A stretch of DNA of 39,452 nucleotides, from positions 1 through 39,452 of the IMG/VR virus record IMGVR_UViG_3300025848_000079, one strand, 5' to 3'. The notes beneath the pieces were generated by a model. The model did no database searches. It worked only from the letters and a program-made list of their open reading frames with translations, and was not told the DNA's origin. This stretch comes from a virus (lineage: Duplodnaviria > Caudoviricetes). Numbering within the stretch: the stretch's first letter is position 1; every line of letters starts with the position of its first letter. The position numbers and the translations under genes are program-made. Shown here one piece after another: positions 14,820 through 23,677 of this stretch.

Positions 14820-16748
14820 TTATGGCGTTGTGTCAACCAACTCCCACGTGGTTCCATTAAATAAATAAAGTGGCTTTGCAACAAACGTCCCACCCCTCTG
14901 TACATAGAGTGGTTTTTGTACCCACGCGGACCCATTGAAGTAATACAGAACTGCACCTGCGGCCACAGAAGGAGAAACCGAGGGAGAAATCGACGGGCTT
15001 GTACTTGAAGATGGGCTGGTAGACGGGCTCGAGGATGATGAGGGGGATATTGAAACAGACGGACTGACGCTTGGGCTGAGAGACGATGAGGGGCTGACCG
15101 ACGGGCTCTCGCTTGACGATGGAGATGTCGAGACTGACGGGCTGACGCTGGGGGATAGAGAGGATGAGGGACTTACGCTCGGTGATTCACTTGACGACGG
15201 GGAGACGCTAACCGACGGTGAAACAGACGGTGAGCGTGACGAACCAACGCTCGGGCTTACCGAGGACGACGGCGATACTGATGGGCTCTCACTTGATGAG
15301 GGACTTACCGAGACCGATGGGGATACAGAAACACTAGGAGAAACGGATGGGCTAATCGATGAAGACGGCGATACCGACGGCGATAACGATGACGAAGGAG
15401 ACACCGACACCGATGGGGAGGTTGACACGCTCGGACTTACCGACGGAGATATACTCGATGACGGTGAAACAGATGGGGATATGGATGACGATGGGGAGGT
15501 CGAAACACTTGGAGAAACGCTCACACTTGGGCTTACCGATGGTGAGAGGGAAGAACTTGGGCTGACCGAAGGAGAGAGGCTGGACGACGGTGAGGTCGAT
15601 ACAGAAGGACTTACTGATACGGACGGAGAGACGGACACCGACGGACTCACAGACGGTGAAGCGGAACTTGACGGACTTACTGATGGCGAGAGTGACGAAC
15701 TCGGTGATACGCTGACGGATGGGCTGGTGCTGACTGAGGGAGAAACTGACGGCGAAAGAGAGCTCGACGGGGATACCGACGGGCTAAGAGACGATGAGGG
15801 TGAGACACTGACAGAGGGAGATACGGACACTGAAGGGGACACTGAAACGCTCGGCGACACAGACGGGGAGAGCGACGAGCTCGGAGAAACCGATGGCGAC
15901 AGGGAAGATGATGGAGACGTACTGACTGAGGGGCTCGTACTTACGGACGGTGATACCGACGGAGACAGGGAAGATGATGGAGATACGGACGGTGACTCCG
16001 ACGAGGACGGACTGGTGGAAACTGATGGGCTCGTCGATACGGAGGGACTGACTGAGGGGGACAGAGACGAAGACGGCGAAACAGACGGGCTTCTTGACCC
16101 GGTTGATACGAAGAGTGTTGGGTTGGGCAGACCGTCGAACCAGTATTTTTGGCTTCCTTCGTCTATCGAGGCGTTGTCGACTCCTTCGTAGACTAGACCG
16201 TCAAACCAAAACTTCTGTCCACTGATGTCGAGCGGGGATGGAGACGGAGAAATTGATGGCGAGACAGATGAAGAAGGGGATACTGAGACGGAGGGGCTTG
16301 TACTTGCAGACGGTGAAGTGGACGCAGAGGGCGATACAGATACCGAGGGGCTAACAGACGGGCTTTCAGACGAACTGGGGGACACTGATGGTGACGCCGA
16401 AGAAGACGGTGAGGTAGAAACTGAAGGAGACGTAGAAACAGAGGGTGATACGGACACGGAAGGGGAAACAGAGGGGGATGTTGAGGGAGACCTGGAGGAA
16501 GACGGCGACACCGAAGAAGACGGGGATGGGGATGGCGAACGGGAAGACGAAGGAGAAACAGAAGGTGATATAGAGCTCATTATGAGCCCTATGAAGTATG
16601 GGGGTACCTCGAAGCCGTGTTTCTCAAACCACCAACAGAGGTGGATGGGCTTCCATGAAGCAAGGAATTCTTCTGACACAAACGGAACAAGCAACCGGTG
16701 AAGTAGGTTGGTTGCCCAGGTAATGAATTGTGCTGTGGCGTGTCTCAT
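14820..16748 (-). CDS. Mucin-like Ser/Pro-rich virion fibre protein (642 aa)
   Basis: About 490 aa of SPSVSP/SPSSSL/SPSVST repeats in two blocks, split by two (S/G)QK(F/Y)WFDGL motifs; C-terminal YYFNGSAWVQKPLY...FNGTTW tail-fibre-tip-like motif. Confidence 0.8.
   Translation of the reverse strand: MRHATAQFITWATNLLHRLLVPFVSEEFLASWKPIHLCWWFEKHGFEVPPYFIGLIMSSISPSVSPSSSRSPSPSPSSSVSPSSSRSPSTSPSVSPSVSVSPSVSTSPSVSTSPSSSASPSVSPSSSESPSVSPSVSVSPSASTSPSASTSPSVSVSPSSSVSPSISPSPSPLDISGQKFWFDGLVYEGVDNASIDEGSQKYWFDGLPNPTLFVSTGSRSPSVSPSSSLSPSVSPSVSTSPSVSTSPSSSESPSVSPSSSLSPSVSPSVSTSPSVSTSPSSSLSPSVSPSSSLSPSVSPSVSVSPSVSVSPSVSVSPSSSLSPSVSPSSSLSPSVSPSVSTSPSVSVSPSSSLSPSVSPSSSASPSVSPSVSVSPSVSVSPSVSTSPSSSLSPSVSPSSSLSPSVSPSVSVSPSVSTSPSSSISPSVSPSSSISPSVSPSVSTSPSVSVSPSSSLSPSVSPSSSISPSVSPSVSVSPSVSVSPSSSESPSVSPSSSVSPSVGSSRSPSVSPSVSVSPSSSESPSVSPSSSLSPSVSPSVSTSPSSSESPSVSPSSSLSPSVSPSVSISPSSSSSPSTSPSSSTSPSISPSVSPSVAAGAVLYYFNGSAWVQKPLYVQRGGTFVAKPLYLFNGTTWELVDTTP
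14964..16577 (-). repeat. Ser-Pro-Ser-Val coding repeats (blocks 14964-16097 and 16233-16577)
   Basis: Protein-level 4/6-residue periodicity with mixed synonymous codons. Confidence 0.9.
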
Positions 16749-17269
16749 CTGAACGGCTTTAAGTTTGGTATCTCGTTTTTTTCAAAATAATGTATGACGT
16801 TTGAGAGACCGGAGGGTTTGTTTCTTCCCACACCCCGAAAATGTTTGCAGTATTCCGAAAGACTTGGCTCTTTTAGTGTGTTGATGGCGACGTAGTTTGC
16901 AATACGCGAGATATGAGAAACAAATTCTTGCGAAGTAACAAATGACGGAATCCCGTCTTCGGCAAGGTCGAACAGGTCTATCACCACCGCGTCAAACTTT
17001 CCGCAGGTTTTTACATACTCTTGTGCGTCCGCAAGTACGAATGTGGAGCCGTAGGTTGGTTCACACGGACGGATGTCAACACCCGTAATGGGAACGTCTC
17101 CATACAGGAGACGGATAAGTCCAGCAACGGTTCCTCCCGCGTACCCGAGTATCAGCACGCTCTCCGGTCGGTACTGCGGGACCATGTAAATCCACGCACC
17201 AAACGTCAGCCATGTAGTCGGCGGGTCGACGGAGTTGATTTCGCTGTTTCTGTTAAATTTAATTTGCAC
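16745..17269 (-). CDS. Spermidine-synthase-like class I SAM methyltransferase
   Basis: VLILGYAGGTVA, ITGVDI, ADAQEYV, FDAVVIDLFD; ATGA-coupled to the mucin-like gene. Confidence 0.8.
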   Translation of the reverse strand: MQIKFNRNSEINSVDPPTTWLTFGAWIYMVPQYRPESVLILGYAGGTVAGLIRLLYGDVPITGVDIRPCEPTYGSTFVLADAQEYVKTCGKFDAVVIDLFDLAEDGIPSFVTSQEFVSHISRIANYVAINTLKEPSLSEYCKHFRGVGRNKPSGLSNVIHYFEKNEIPNLKPFR

Positions 17270-17275
17270 ATTATT

Positions 17276-19807
17276 CTAGCTTACAGTCCAATCATCAACG
17301 TTGACCCAGCCGGTCGTTCCGTCGCAGTCTACATAAAACTCCATCACACCGTCGTCTGTTGCAGAGGCCGTGGTGCCGGTGAGTTGCTCGAACGCACCTT
17401 CGGCTGAGGCAGTTGCCGTGTCGATGGTGGTATCGGAGGTGATTCCTATTGCGTCGTTTCGTTTGAGAATGAGGCGCGGTCGGTTTCCGTTGTAGTCGGT
17501 GCCGTCACCAGAGACAGATTCTCTGACGTAGACCGAAGGGGTAAGGGTCGAGCCGCTGGCCACGGCCACACGCTTGACACCAGAAACGAGTTTACCAGAA
17601 GCGTTATTTGGGGTGAGGCGTTCTGACGGGGAGGCTGTGCGGTACATGTTTGCTGTGGTGTCGATGGTGATGGTGCCGTATTTCTTCCAGGTTTTGTGGA
17701 GTCCTCCGGTCTGGTCGTGTTTTTGGGAGCCGATAGAGGACTGCGCCGTAATCATATTTGTTTGCAACGAAACCTCTGTTGTTCCGCCGAACTTACAATT
17801 TCTTGCGGTAATGTCTACAGAGGTGGCGGTGTTGTTGTTTATGTCGCTGGTGTGAGCGGTTTTAATACCGGAAGCGGTACTGAAATCACAGTTTATTAAA
17901 TCAACCCTATTTAACACACAACTTGACCCAGAAAAAACAATACCCGAGGTTGTGGAGAAGGTTGAGTCGCCGTTAGACACCAGGCCGTCGATAGCAAGAA
18001 AGGACGCGTGGTCGCCGGTACCAGAAAATTCAAGGTTCGCACCGCTATTACCAAAGAACGTTGCAGAAGTAACGGCCAGGTTGGTCGAGGAGGCGGCAAA
18101 ACTGAAGCCACTTGAAGAGCACCTCCAAACCACCAGAGAAGAAATGGTTGATTGGGTAGTGTTACCGAGCGGGACCGACAAGTAAACGCCGCTGTTTGCG
18201 ACGCTGTGCACAGTGTTATTGGAAAAGGTCCCTAGACTTGCCCCGCTTTCGCCTATCTGTATCCCCACGTTTGCCGAACCCGCGACGGCGTTGTTGGTGA
18301 AACTCCCACCCACATCAGACAGTAATATCAGCGGTGTGATGTCTGTGTTTCGGATAAAAATATTAGCATCCACAGTCCACGTACCGCTTGTTGCGTTGCC
18401 GATATATAAATGACTGTTGGCAATTAGAAATGTTGTGTTGTTGGAGAAGGTTACGTTGTTTATTGTTTGGTTTGAGTTGGAAAAACCTCTCGAATTGGCC
18501 ACCTCGAAGTTGTGTAGTGAGGAGTATTGAATACTACATGAACCCGTGGTCGTGTTTATGTCTATACCGCGTTTGAAAGCGGTGTTTGACCCGAGCCACT
18601 TGAACTCCGTCCAATCAATGTCGACGGTTGCTGTTGCTTTTATGTCTACGAAGGCTTGTAGGGTTGCGCTTGCACCAAAAACCTTGACGTTTCTGGTAAG
18701 TAGAATTACCTCGGCCTGGGTTGGAGACGTTCCTGAGTGTGCGTTGGTTAGCCCAGAGGATACGGTCATGTCTGACGCGTTTGCGTTCGCGTTTAGGGTT
18801 CTACTCTCACACTCAGAGGCCGTTCTTGTGGTAGAGGCGATGGCAATCTCGTCTCCGTTGAGCCATCCGGTGTCGGTGTCTACGCCGAGGGTGGTTTGAC
18901 CCGCCGCCTCGTCGGTGTTCAACTTACACGACACAATATTCTTACCAGAAGTTCTTGAAAGCCCCTGCGCGTTCCATGTTCCACCGTTGCGGACAGTGAG
19001 TCCAAAGTCAACGTTCGCGCCACAGTCGAAGGTGAGCGTTTGTGTGGAGTCTCGTGGGCAGGGGGTTCCGGTGGTGCCCATGTTCATGGTTCCGCCGGAG
19101 TAGATGATAAGATTTCCAGAAAGTTTGAGGTTGTAGTTTGTGGCCGCCGTTGTTCCCCATGTCAGGGTTCCACCATCGCAGATTGCGAGTCCGGGGGTAA
19201 CAAGAGACGTTGATGCCGCGCCGTAGTCTGTGGTCGCGGTTTCGTTCATCGTAACCGTAAAAGCGTTGGCTGTTCCCGCTCCGGTCTTTTCTCCCGCAAT
19301 AATTAGGTCGTCACCCGCGGCTGGTGCCTGGGTTGTTGTGGTGATGAGGGCCCGAGAGATGTTGTCTGCTGTCGCGTCACACCAAAGGTCCACCATCGTG
19401 GCAGAGGAGGTCTTGGCTTCCAGTTCGTATCCCGTCGCGGCCGAAAGGGTTACAGGTGAAGCGAGTTTGAAGAACACCCAACCGCCATTTAGGTCGGCCT
19501 CGAGAGCGGACGGAAGGTCTGCTGTGTTTATAGTTACTTCGGTACCCGCCACCTCCACGTGGTCGGCGCTTGTGTTCATGTGAACCGACATCGTTCCGGT
19601 GGTCCCGATTCTTTCACAGAGTTTCACCCCGATGTGTGACACCGTAATGGCCCCAGGAGTAAAGGAGGCGGACCGTGTGTTTGAATAGGTGGTAGTAAGC
19701 AGAGACTCCGTTGCGTTCTCTGCGTTAAGATATGAAGTAGAGTCAACCACACCCCACGTGGATGCCGACGTGAAGTTTCCGGTTGCGATTGATGCGAGGA
19801 CTGCCAT
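17276..19807 (-). CDS. Tail spike/receptor-binding protein with G8-associated and parallel beta-helix region
   Basis: 843 aa, Thr/Ser/Asn-rich; TGWLNGDEIAIAST...HSG...AEVILLTRNVKV resembles the CEMIP/fibrocystin G8-adjacent motif; Asn-ladder repeats (VTFSNNT, SFTNNAV, TFSNNTV). Confidence 0.7.
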   Translation of the reverse strand: MAVLASIATGNFTSASTWGVVDSTSYLNAENATESLLTTTYSNTRSASFTPGAITVSHIGVKLCERIGTTGTMSVHMNTSADHVEVAGTEVTINTADLPSALEADLNGGWVFFKLASPVTLSAATGYELEAKTSSATMVDLWCDATADNISRALITTTTQAPAAGDDLIIAGEKTGAGTANAFTVTMNETATTDYGAASTSLVTPGLAICDGGTLTWGTTAATNYNLKLSGNLIIYSGGTMNMGTTGTPCPRDSTQTLTFDCGANVDFGLTVRNGGTWNAQGLSRTSGKNIVSCKLNTDEAAGQTTLGVDTDTGWLNGDEIAIASTTRTASECESRTLNANANASDMTVSSGLTNAHSGTSPTQAEVILLTRNVKVFGASATLQAFVDIKATATVDIDWTEFKWLGSNTAFKRGIDINTTTGSCSIQYSSLHNFEVANSRGFSNSNQTINNVTFSNNTTFLIANSHLYIGNATSGTWTVDANIFIRNTDITPLILLSDVGGSFTNNAVAGSANVGIQIGESGASLGTFSNNTVHSVANSGVYLSVPLGNTTQSTISSLVVWRCSSSGFSFAASSTNLAVTSATFFGNSGANLEFSGTGDHASFLAIDGLVSNGDSTFSTTSGIVFSGSSCVLNRVDLINCDFSTASGIKTAHTSDINNNTATSVDITARNCKFGGTTEVSLQTNMITAQSSIGSQKHDQTGGLHKTWKKYGTITIDTTANMYRTASPSERLTPNNASGKLVSGVKRVAVASGSTLTPSVYVRESVSGDGTDYNGNRPRLILKRNDAIGITSDTTIDTATASAEGAFEQLTGTTASATDDGVMEFYVDCDGTTGWVNVDDWTVS

Positions 19808-20082
19808 TAGAAGGTTCCGATTATCTTTGTTCCGCCGACAACGTCGACGCTAAATTCGACGCCGTTCAGTTGGGCGTCTTCTATGGTAAGTCCGATTTCC
19901 TCTGCCCACGCCTTCAGGGTTTTCTTGACATCTTGGGCAATCTGTTGTTTAGTAACGGTGTCGGGGTATTTCTTCTCCCAGCGTTGGTCGGGGTATTCTC
20001 CCGTGGTGTCGTGAAAAAGGAGGGAGTAGTTGAATTTACCAAACTGCTTGTGGGGATTTATGAGGCGAATCTGATATGCCAT
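19807..20082 (-). CDS. Hypothetical protein upstream of the tail spike
   Basis: 91 aa; TAATG coupling to the spike gene; GTGGTATAAT 6 nt upstream. Confidence 0.7.
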   Translation of the reverse strand: MAYQIRLINPHKQFGKFNYSLLFHDTTGEYPDQRWEKKYPDTVTKQQIAQDVKKTLKAWAEEIGLTIEDAQLNGVEFSVDVVGGTKIIGTF

Positions 20083-20089
20083 TTCAACA

Positions 20090-21061
20090 TTATACCACGT
20101 TTTCGTGGTTTTTCAAAGCCCCCAGGTCCTCGGGTTTCCACCCCCGAACCGGCCAAAACCGCTCAACAAGCCAACTTACAGGGTGTATCTGTTTGGGGTG
20201 TTTTTGGTTCCAGAACTTGTCCTTGACATTGTTCTTTGTTCGTGTTGTATCGTTGCCCTTATTCTCCCACGGGAAGCCGAAGTCTCCGCCCTGGGTTCGA
20301 AACATGTGGGCGTACCATGTTTTGTGGTTCACAAGGCACCGCCCCCCAGAGAGCCACGCGGCGCATGCAACCTCTAGCCCCTGGTTTCCCCAGTTGCCGA
20401 GCTTCTCATCACAGAGTTCCCACTCCCAGTACTTCTCGAGCGTAGACATAAAGAACGAGCCCTGTAGAGACATGGTCTCGGTGTATCCTTTGGTTTTTTT
20501 ATCAGTCAAAAAGGGTTCCCGGTGTTTATACTCCTCGAAGTATTGGAAGTGTGGTTCGGCGTCAAAGCAGTAGGACACACTTCGGGGGTTGTCTTTCCCA
20601 ACCCACATAATCTTCCTACGAACGTCTGTTCCCCCACACTGTTCGCACTTACCTGGAGTTGGGCCTTGGTATTTCTTCCAGCCACAGGAGTAACACTTCC
20701 AGTCAAATGCCCAGAGGTTTCTCATAACGGGGACCGCCACGACGTCATCCCCCACTTCTTTGAAGAACTCAACCATCTTACGGTCAAAACCTTTATCAAA
20801 CGCACAGTGGGCGTCTACCTTGGCCACATACTTTCCTTGGGCGGTCCTCGCCGCGAGGTTTGTGGTGGCCCGCTGGCCGATTGCCTCGGGAACGTATATG
20901 ACGTTTACTTTCGGGTGCTGGGGTATTGGGGGGTCAGCCCACGCACCGTCAAGCACGGCGATAATCTCGGTGTCTGCTTCGATGTTCTCGAGGAGGTTCT
21001 CGATGGTCTTCGCAAGGAACATTTCATTCCTCGCCGGTATGAGTATGCTAAGGTCTTTCAT
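20090..21061 (-). CDS. GT-A glycosyltransferase, polypeptide GalNAc-transferase (GT27)-like
   Basis: LSILIPARNE, EIIAVLDG, KVDAHC (DxH), TMSLQGSFF, WGNQGLEV..AWLSGG...AHMFR; CYSC...CEQC insert. Confidence 0.85.
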   Translation of the reverse strand: MKDLSILIPARNEMFLAKTIENLLENIEADTEIIAVLDGAWADPPIPQHPKVNVIYVPEAIGQRATTNLAARTAQGKYVAKVDAHCAFDKGFDRKMVEFFKEVGDDVVAVPVMRNLWAFDWKCYSCGWKKYQGPTPGKCEQCGGTDVRRKIMWVGKDNPRSVSYCFDAEPHFQYFEEYKHREPFLTDKKTKGYTETMSLQGSFFMSTLEKYWEWELCDEKLGNWGNQGLEVACAAWLSGGRCLVNHKTWYAHMFRTQGGDFGFPWENKGNDTTRTKNNVKDKFWNQKHPKQIHPVSWLVERFWPVRGWKPEDLGALKNHENVV

Positions 21062-21713
21062 TTGTTTCTCTCCACCCCATAGGAGGGTGTTTGAAGTCTG
21101 ATAAATTTACCTTTCTTGGCGAAAAGGTTTTTCCGTGTCGCACGTCAATAATAGGGTCTTGGGAGTGCCAGGTTTCTTTTTCGTCGTCGGATACTCCACC
21201 TTTGCGTATTTTTTTTGTTCCCGGTTCATATCCCATCCTCCTTGCCCACTTTGGTTCCCTCCCTCTTAAAGCTTCTTCACCGAGACCTTGAATAATTTCG
21301 AGACGTTTCTTAAAGTGTTGTAGGGCATACTCTCGATTGACACAGAGTTGTGACAGGGAAAGAAGGCCATTGTATGTTATATAGCGGTTATTGGGGTAGT
21401 CCCAGCGCCAAACATGGTCGTTGTAATAGAACACATCTTTCTTGGGTGGAGAAAATTCAAAATGCGATTCTGGATACAACACATCGCTTTCACAGAAAAA
21501 AACATTTTCCGCTGAGTTGTGTTCAAGACAGTAAATAATTTGGCGCACCATCGTTGGATAAGACCTTACCCCCCCTACTGTTTCTGGGGTAGAGATGGTT
21601 ATGGGCATGTGGAACCTGTAAGCCGCCGCAGTTATACGTGAAAAAACCTCGGACAAAATTTCCTCTGGAGCACGGTTATCTGTATAAAAGATTACACCTT
21701 TAGTTGTCGACAC
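21048..21713 (-). CDS. GT-A-like glycosyltransferase (ExD paralog 3)
   Basis: VIFYTDN...VFFCESDVLYPESHFEF; start probably GTG 21713 rather than track ATG 21869. Confidence 0.65.
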   Translation of the reverse strand: MSTTKGVIFYTDNRAPEEILSEVFSRITAAAYRFHMPITISTPETVGGVRSYPTMVRQIIYCLEHNSAENVFFCESDVLYPESHFEFSPPKKDVFYYNDHVWRWDYPNNRYITYNGLLSLSQLCVNREYALQHFKKRLEIIQGLGEEALRGREPKWARRMGYEPGTKKIRKGGVSDDEKETWHSQDPIIDVRHGKTFSPRKVNLSDFKHPPMGWRETNERP

Positions 21714-22347
21714 GGTGTTGCGGTGTTTCGTGGTTCTTGAAGAACATCCAACTTCGCCACTGGTCTCTTTTTTCTCCAGGCTTGGCGTGGTATTCTCCGA
21801 GGACCCAAAATTTTGGTATTCTATAGGCTGTAACATATGCTTGTACAACCTCTTTTGCGTGGCATCCACCCGTTATTGATTTGGATTTGAAGTGGGCGTA
21901 GTCGTGCCCGGCAATGATGCCCCCCTGTCTAACCTTGATTGCCCAGTGGTATATATCCTCTGCAACGTAGGCGAACTGGTGGTTACCGTCTATGTACACG
22001 AAGTCAAGCGACCCGTCCTCGAAGTCGTCGAGGGCTTCCATTGAGGTCTTGCGAATAATGTGAACGTTGGGGTACTTTGACAAAACCCGTTTCGTGTGTT
22101 CATATTGGAAATCAAGCCTCTCCTGTCCCCTAGAGTTGCCGTAGTCCTTATAGAGTCTCCATGGGTCTATGGAGTACAGGTCTCCCCCGAAGGAGGCCAG
22201 TTTCTCAGAGAACTCTCCCTTGTAAACGCCGATTTCAACCCCTCGTTTGAATCCGAGGTCTCTGAATAGTTCTGGTAAGTCGTCCCGTGAGCAGTCCGGT
22301 ATCTCTGCTGGGCTTCCGATTAGTTTTATGCCGTCGATTAGTTTCAT
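21700..22347 (-). CDS. Class I SAM methyltransferase (Methyltransf_24-like)
   Basis: GVEIGVYKGEFS, YSIDPW, DFVYIDGNH, GGIIAGHDY; ATGA-coupled start 22347. Confidence 0.9.
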   Translation of the reverse strand: MKLIDGIKLIGSPAEIPDCSRDDLPELFRDLGFKRGVEIGVYKGEFSEKLASFGGDLYSIDPWRLYKDYGNSRGQERLDFQYEHTKRVLSKYPNVHIIRKTSMEALDDFEDGSLDFVYIDGNHQFAYVAEDIYHWAIKVRQGGIIAGHDYAHFKSKSITGGCHAKEVVQAYVTAYRIPKFWVLGEYHAKPGEKRDQWRSWMFFKNHETPQHRVDN

Positions 22348-22997
22348 CTTCCGTGTAAATAATAGGCTCGTAATTTCTTCCCCTCTCCCCACAGCGGTAA
22401 TGACGGGATGGGCGTCCTGTCAGACCGTGTGTAATATCTCATTCCCCTGTGCGTCTTTATTTGTATCACCGGGTCACACCTGAAGTGCTTTACCTCGGTA
22501 AACACATCCTCCTGGCCCAACCTTTCCTTCGGGAAATTCTTCTCCTCCGTGTTCCATTGCGGCGCACCGTCAAAGAGTTTTTTCAGCGTCTCGATATAGA
22601 ACTCCCTCCCAACCACCTGTGCGTGGGTGGCGCCCTCTTCTTTGTAGAAGAAGTAGTCCCTCGCGTCCGGCATTACATACAGATTTGAGTTTCGGTAACA
22701 GACATCGTTTCTCTCCGGCTTGAACTCGAAATAACTCTTTGGATAGATACAGTCGGCCTCTGCTGAGATGATGAACTCTGTGTCTGCGGCCTCGCACCCC
22801 ATAAGTACCTGCCTGAACATGTTGAACCCTGACACCCCCACATCCCCGACACAGATGTTCCTTCCGAAGTCTATGGGCCTGTGAGACACACTGATTATGG
22901 GAAGCCCCCCGCAATTATCGAGAATTGTCTTCCTCACCCGCGCCTCAAACTCTGGGTGCTCTCGGTTGCTGGTGTAGTAGAGGACGGTTGCGTTCAT
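22344..22997 (-). CDS. GT-A-like glycosyltransferase (ExD paralog 2)
   Basis: VLYYTSN...PIISVS...IISAEADCIYPKSYFEF...LPLWG. Confidence 0.65.
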   Translation of the reverse strand: MNATVLYYTSNREHPEFEARVRKTILDNCGGLPIISVSHRPIDFGRNICVGDVGVSGFNMFRQVLMGCEAADTEFIISAEADCIYPKSYFEFKPERNDVCYRNSNLYVMPDARDYFFYKEEGATHAQVVGREFYIETLKKLFDGAPQWNTEEKNFPKERLGQEDVFTEVKHFRCDPVIQIKTHRGMRYYTRSDRTPIPSLPLWGEGKKLRAYYLHGR

Positions 22998-23677
22998 GTA
23001 AACTTCTTTACAATATCCTCTGCTCTGCCCCAGTGTGGGACGTCGTACGACCTGACGATGCCCATGCCCTTGCGGTGGCTCTTTGCGAGGGTGTCTGTGC
23101 CGAGGTCGTGGTCAACACGAAGCACCGATATGTCTGTCTGGAACTCCATGTTCTTATAGTGGGACGTACCCAGCGCCCGTTCAATGTTCTTTCTCCCCAC
23201 CTCTCCGGTAATGCTGGTTGGTGTGCCGTTGGGCCATTTGGTAAACCTTTCTTCCAACGCCTCGATGAGAAGTTTGCGCGGCGCCACAAGGGTCGCGTTG
23301 CTCTGCCTGTACTTCCAGAAGTATGTTGGTCTACCCCACGTGAAGAGTCCTATCCTGTTTATGTTGTACGAAAACGTGTCTGTGGGTGGCCTGAACGAGT
23401 GGAAGTGGTCTCTTGGGTACAGGGTGTCGTCCTCAGCTACGGCGACGTATTCTGTGGTTGCCTCGTGTGCACCCCGAAGCATTTGGTAGTAGATGTTTGA
23501 GATTGACCTCGGCTTGTCATCGATAAGGTTATATCCCCACCCAACGGGTTCACGTGAAATGGTGATAATCGGAAGCCCATCAGCCGCCTCAAGCAGTACT
23601 GATTTTTGGTACTCAGCCCAACCCTTCGGGACAAGGTTGGCCGTGAGAAATAGAATTGTGAGGTCACTTGACGTCAT
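22994..23677 (-). CDS. GT-A-like glycosyltransferase (ExD paralog 1)
   Basis: ILFLTAN...PIITIS...VAVAEDDTLYPRDHF...VPHWG. Confidence 0.7.
   Translation of the reverse strand: MTSSDLTILFLTANLVPKGWAEYQKSVLLEAADGLPIITISREPVGWGYNLIDDKPRSISNIYYQMLRGAHEATTEYVAVAEDDTLYPRDHFHSFRPPTDTFSYNINRIGLFTWGRPTYFWKYRQSNATLVAPRKLLIEALEERFTKWPNGTPTSITGEVGRKNIERALGTSHYKNMEFQTDISVLRVDHDLGTDTLAKSHRKGMGIVRSYDVPHWGRAEDIVKKFT

Noticed and set aside
14964-16577. Possible CRISPR array or DGR-type repeat
   Set aside because: No constant nucleotide repeat with unique spacers and no reverse transcriptase; the periodicity is purely protein-coding
15481-16701. Long acidic Gly/Asp/Glu/Thr ORFs on the plus strand (15481..16191, 16225..16701; also 30547..31116)
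   Set aside because: Antisense mirror of the Ser/Pro/Val codons; they coincide with the repeats and oppose the operon direction
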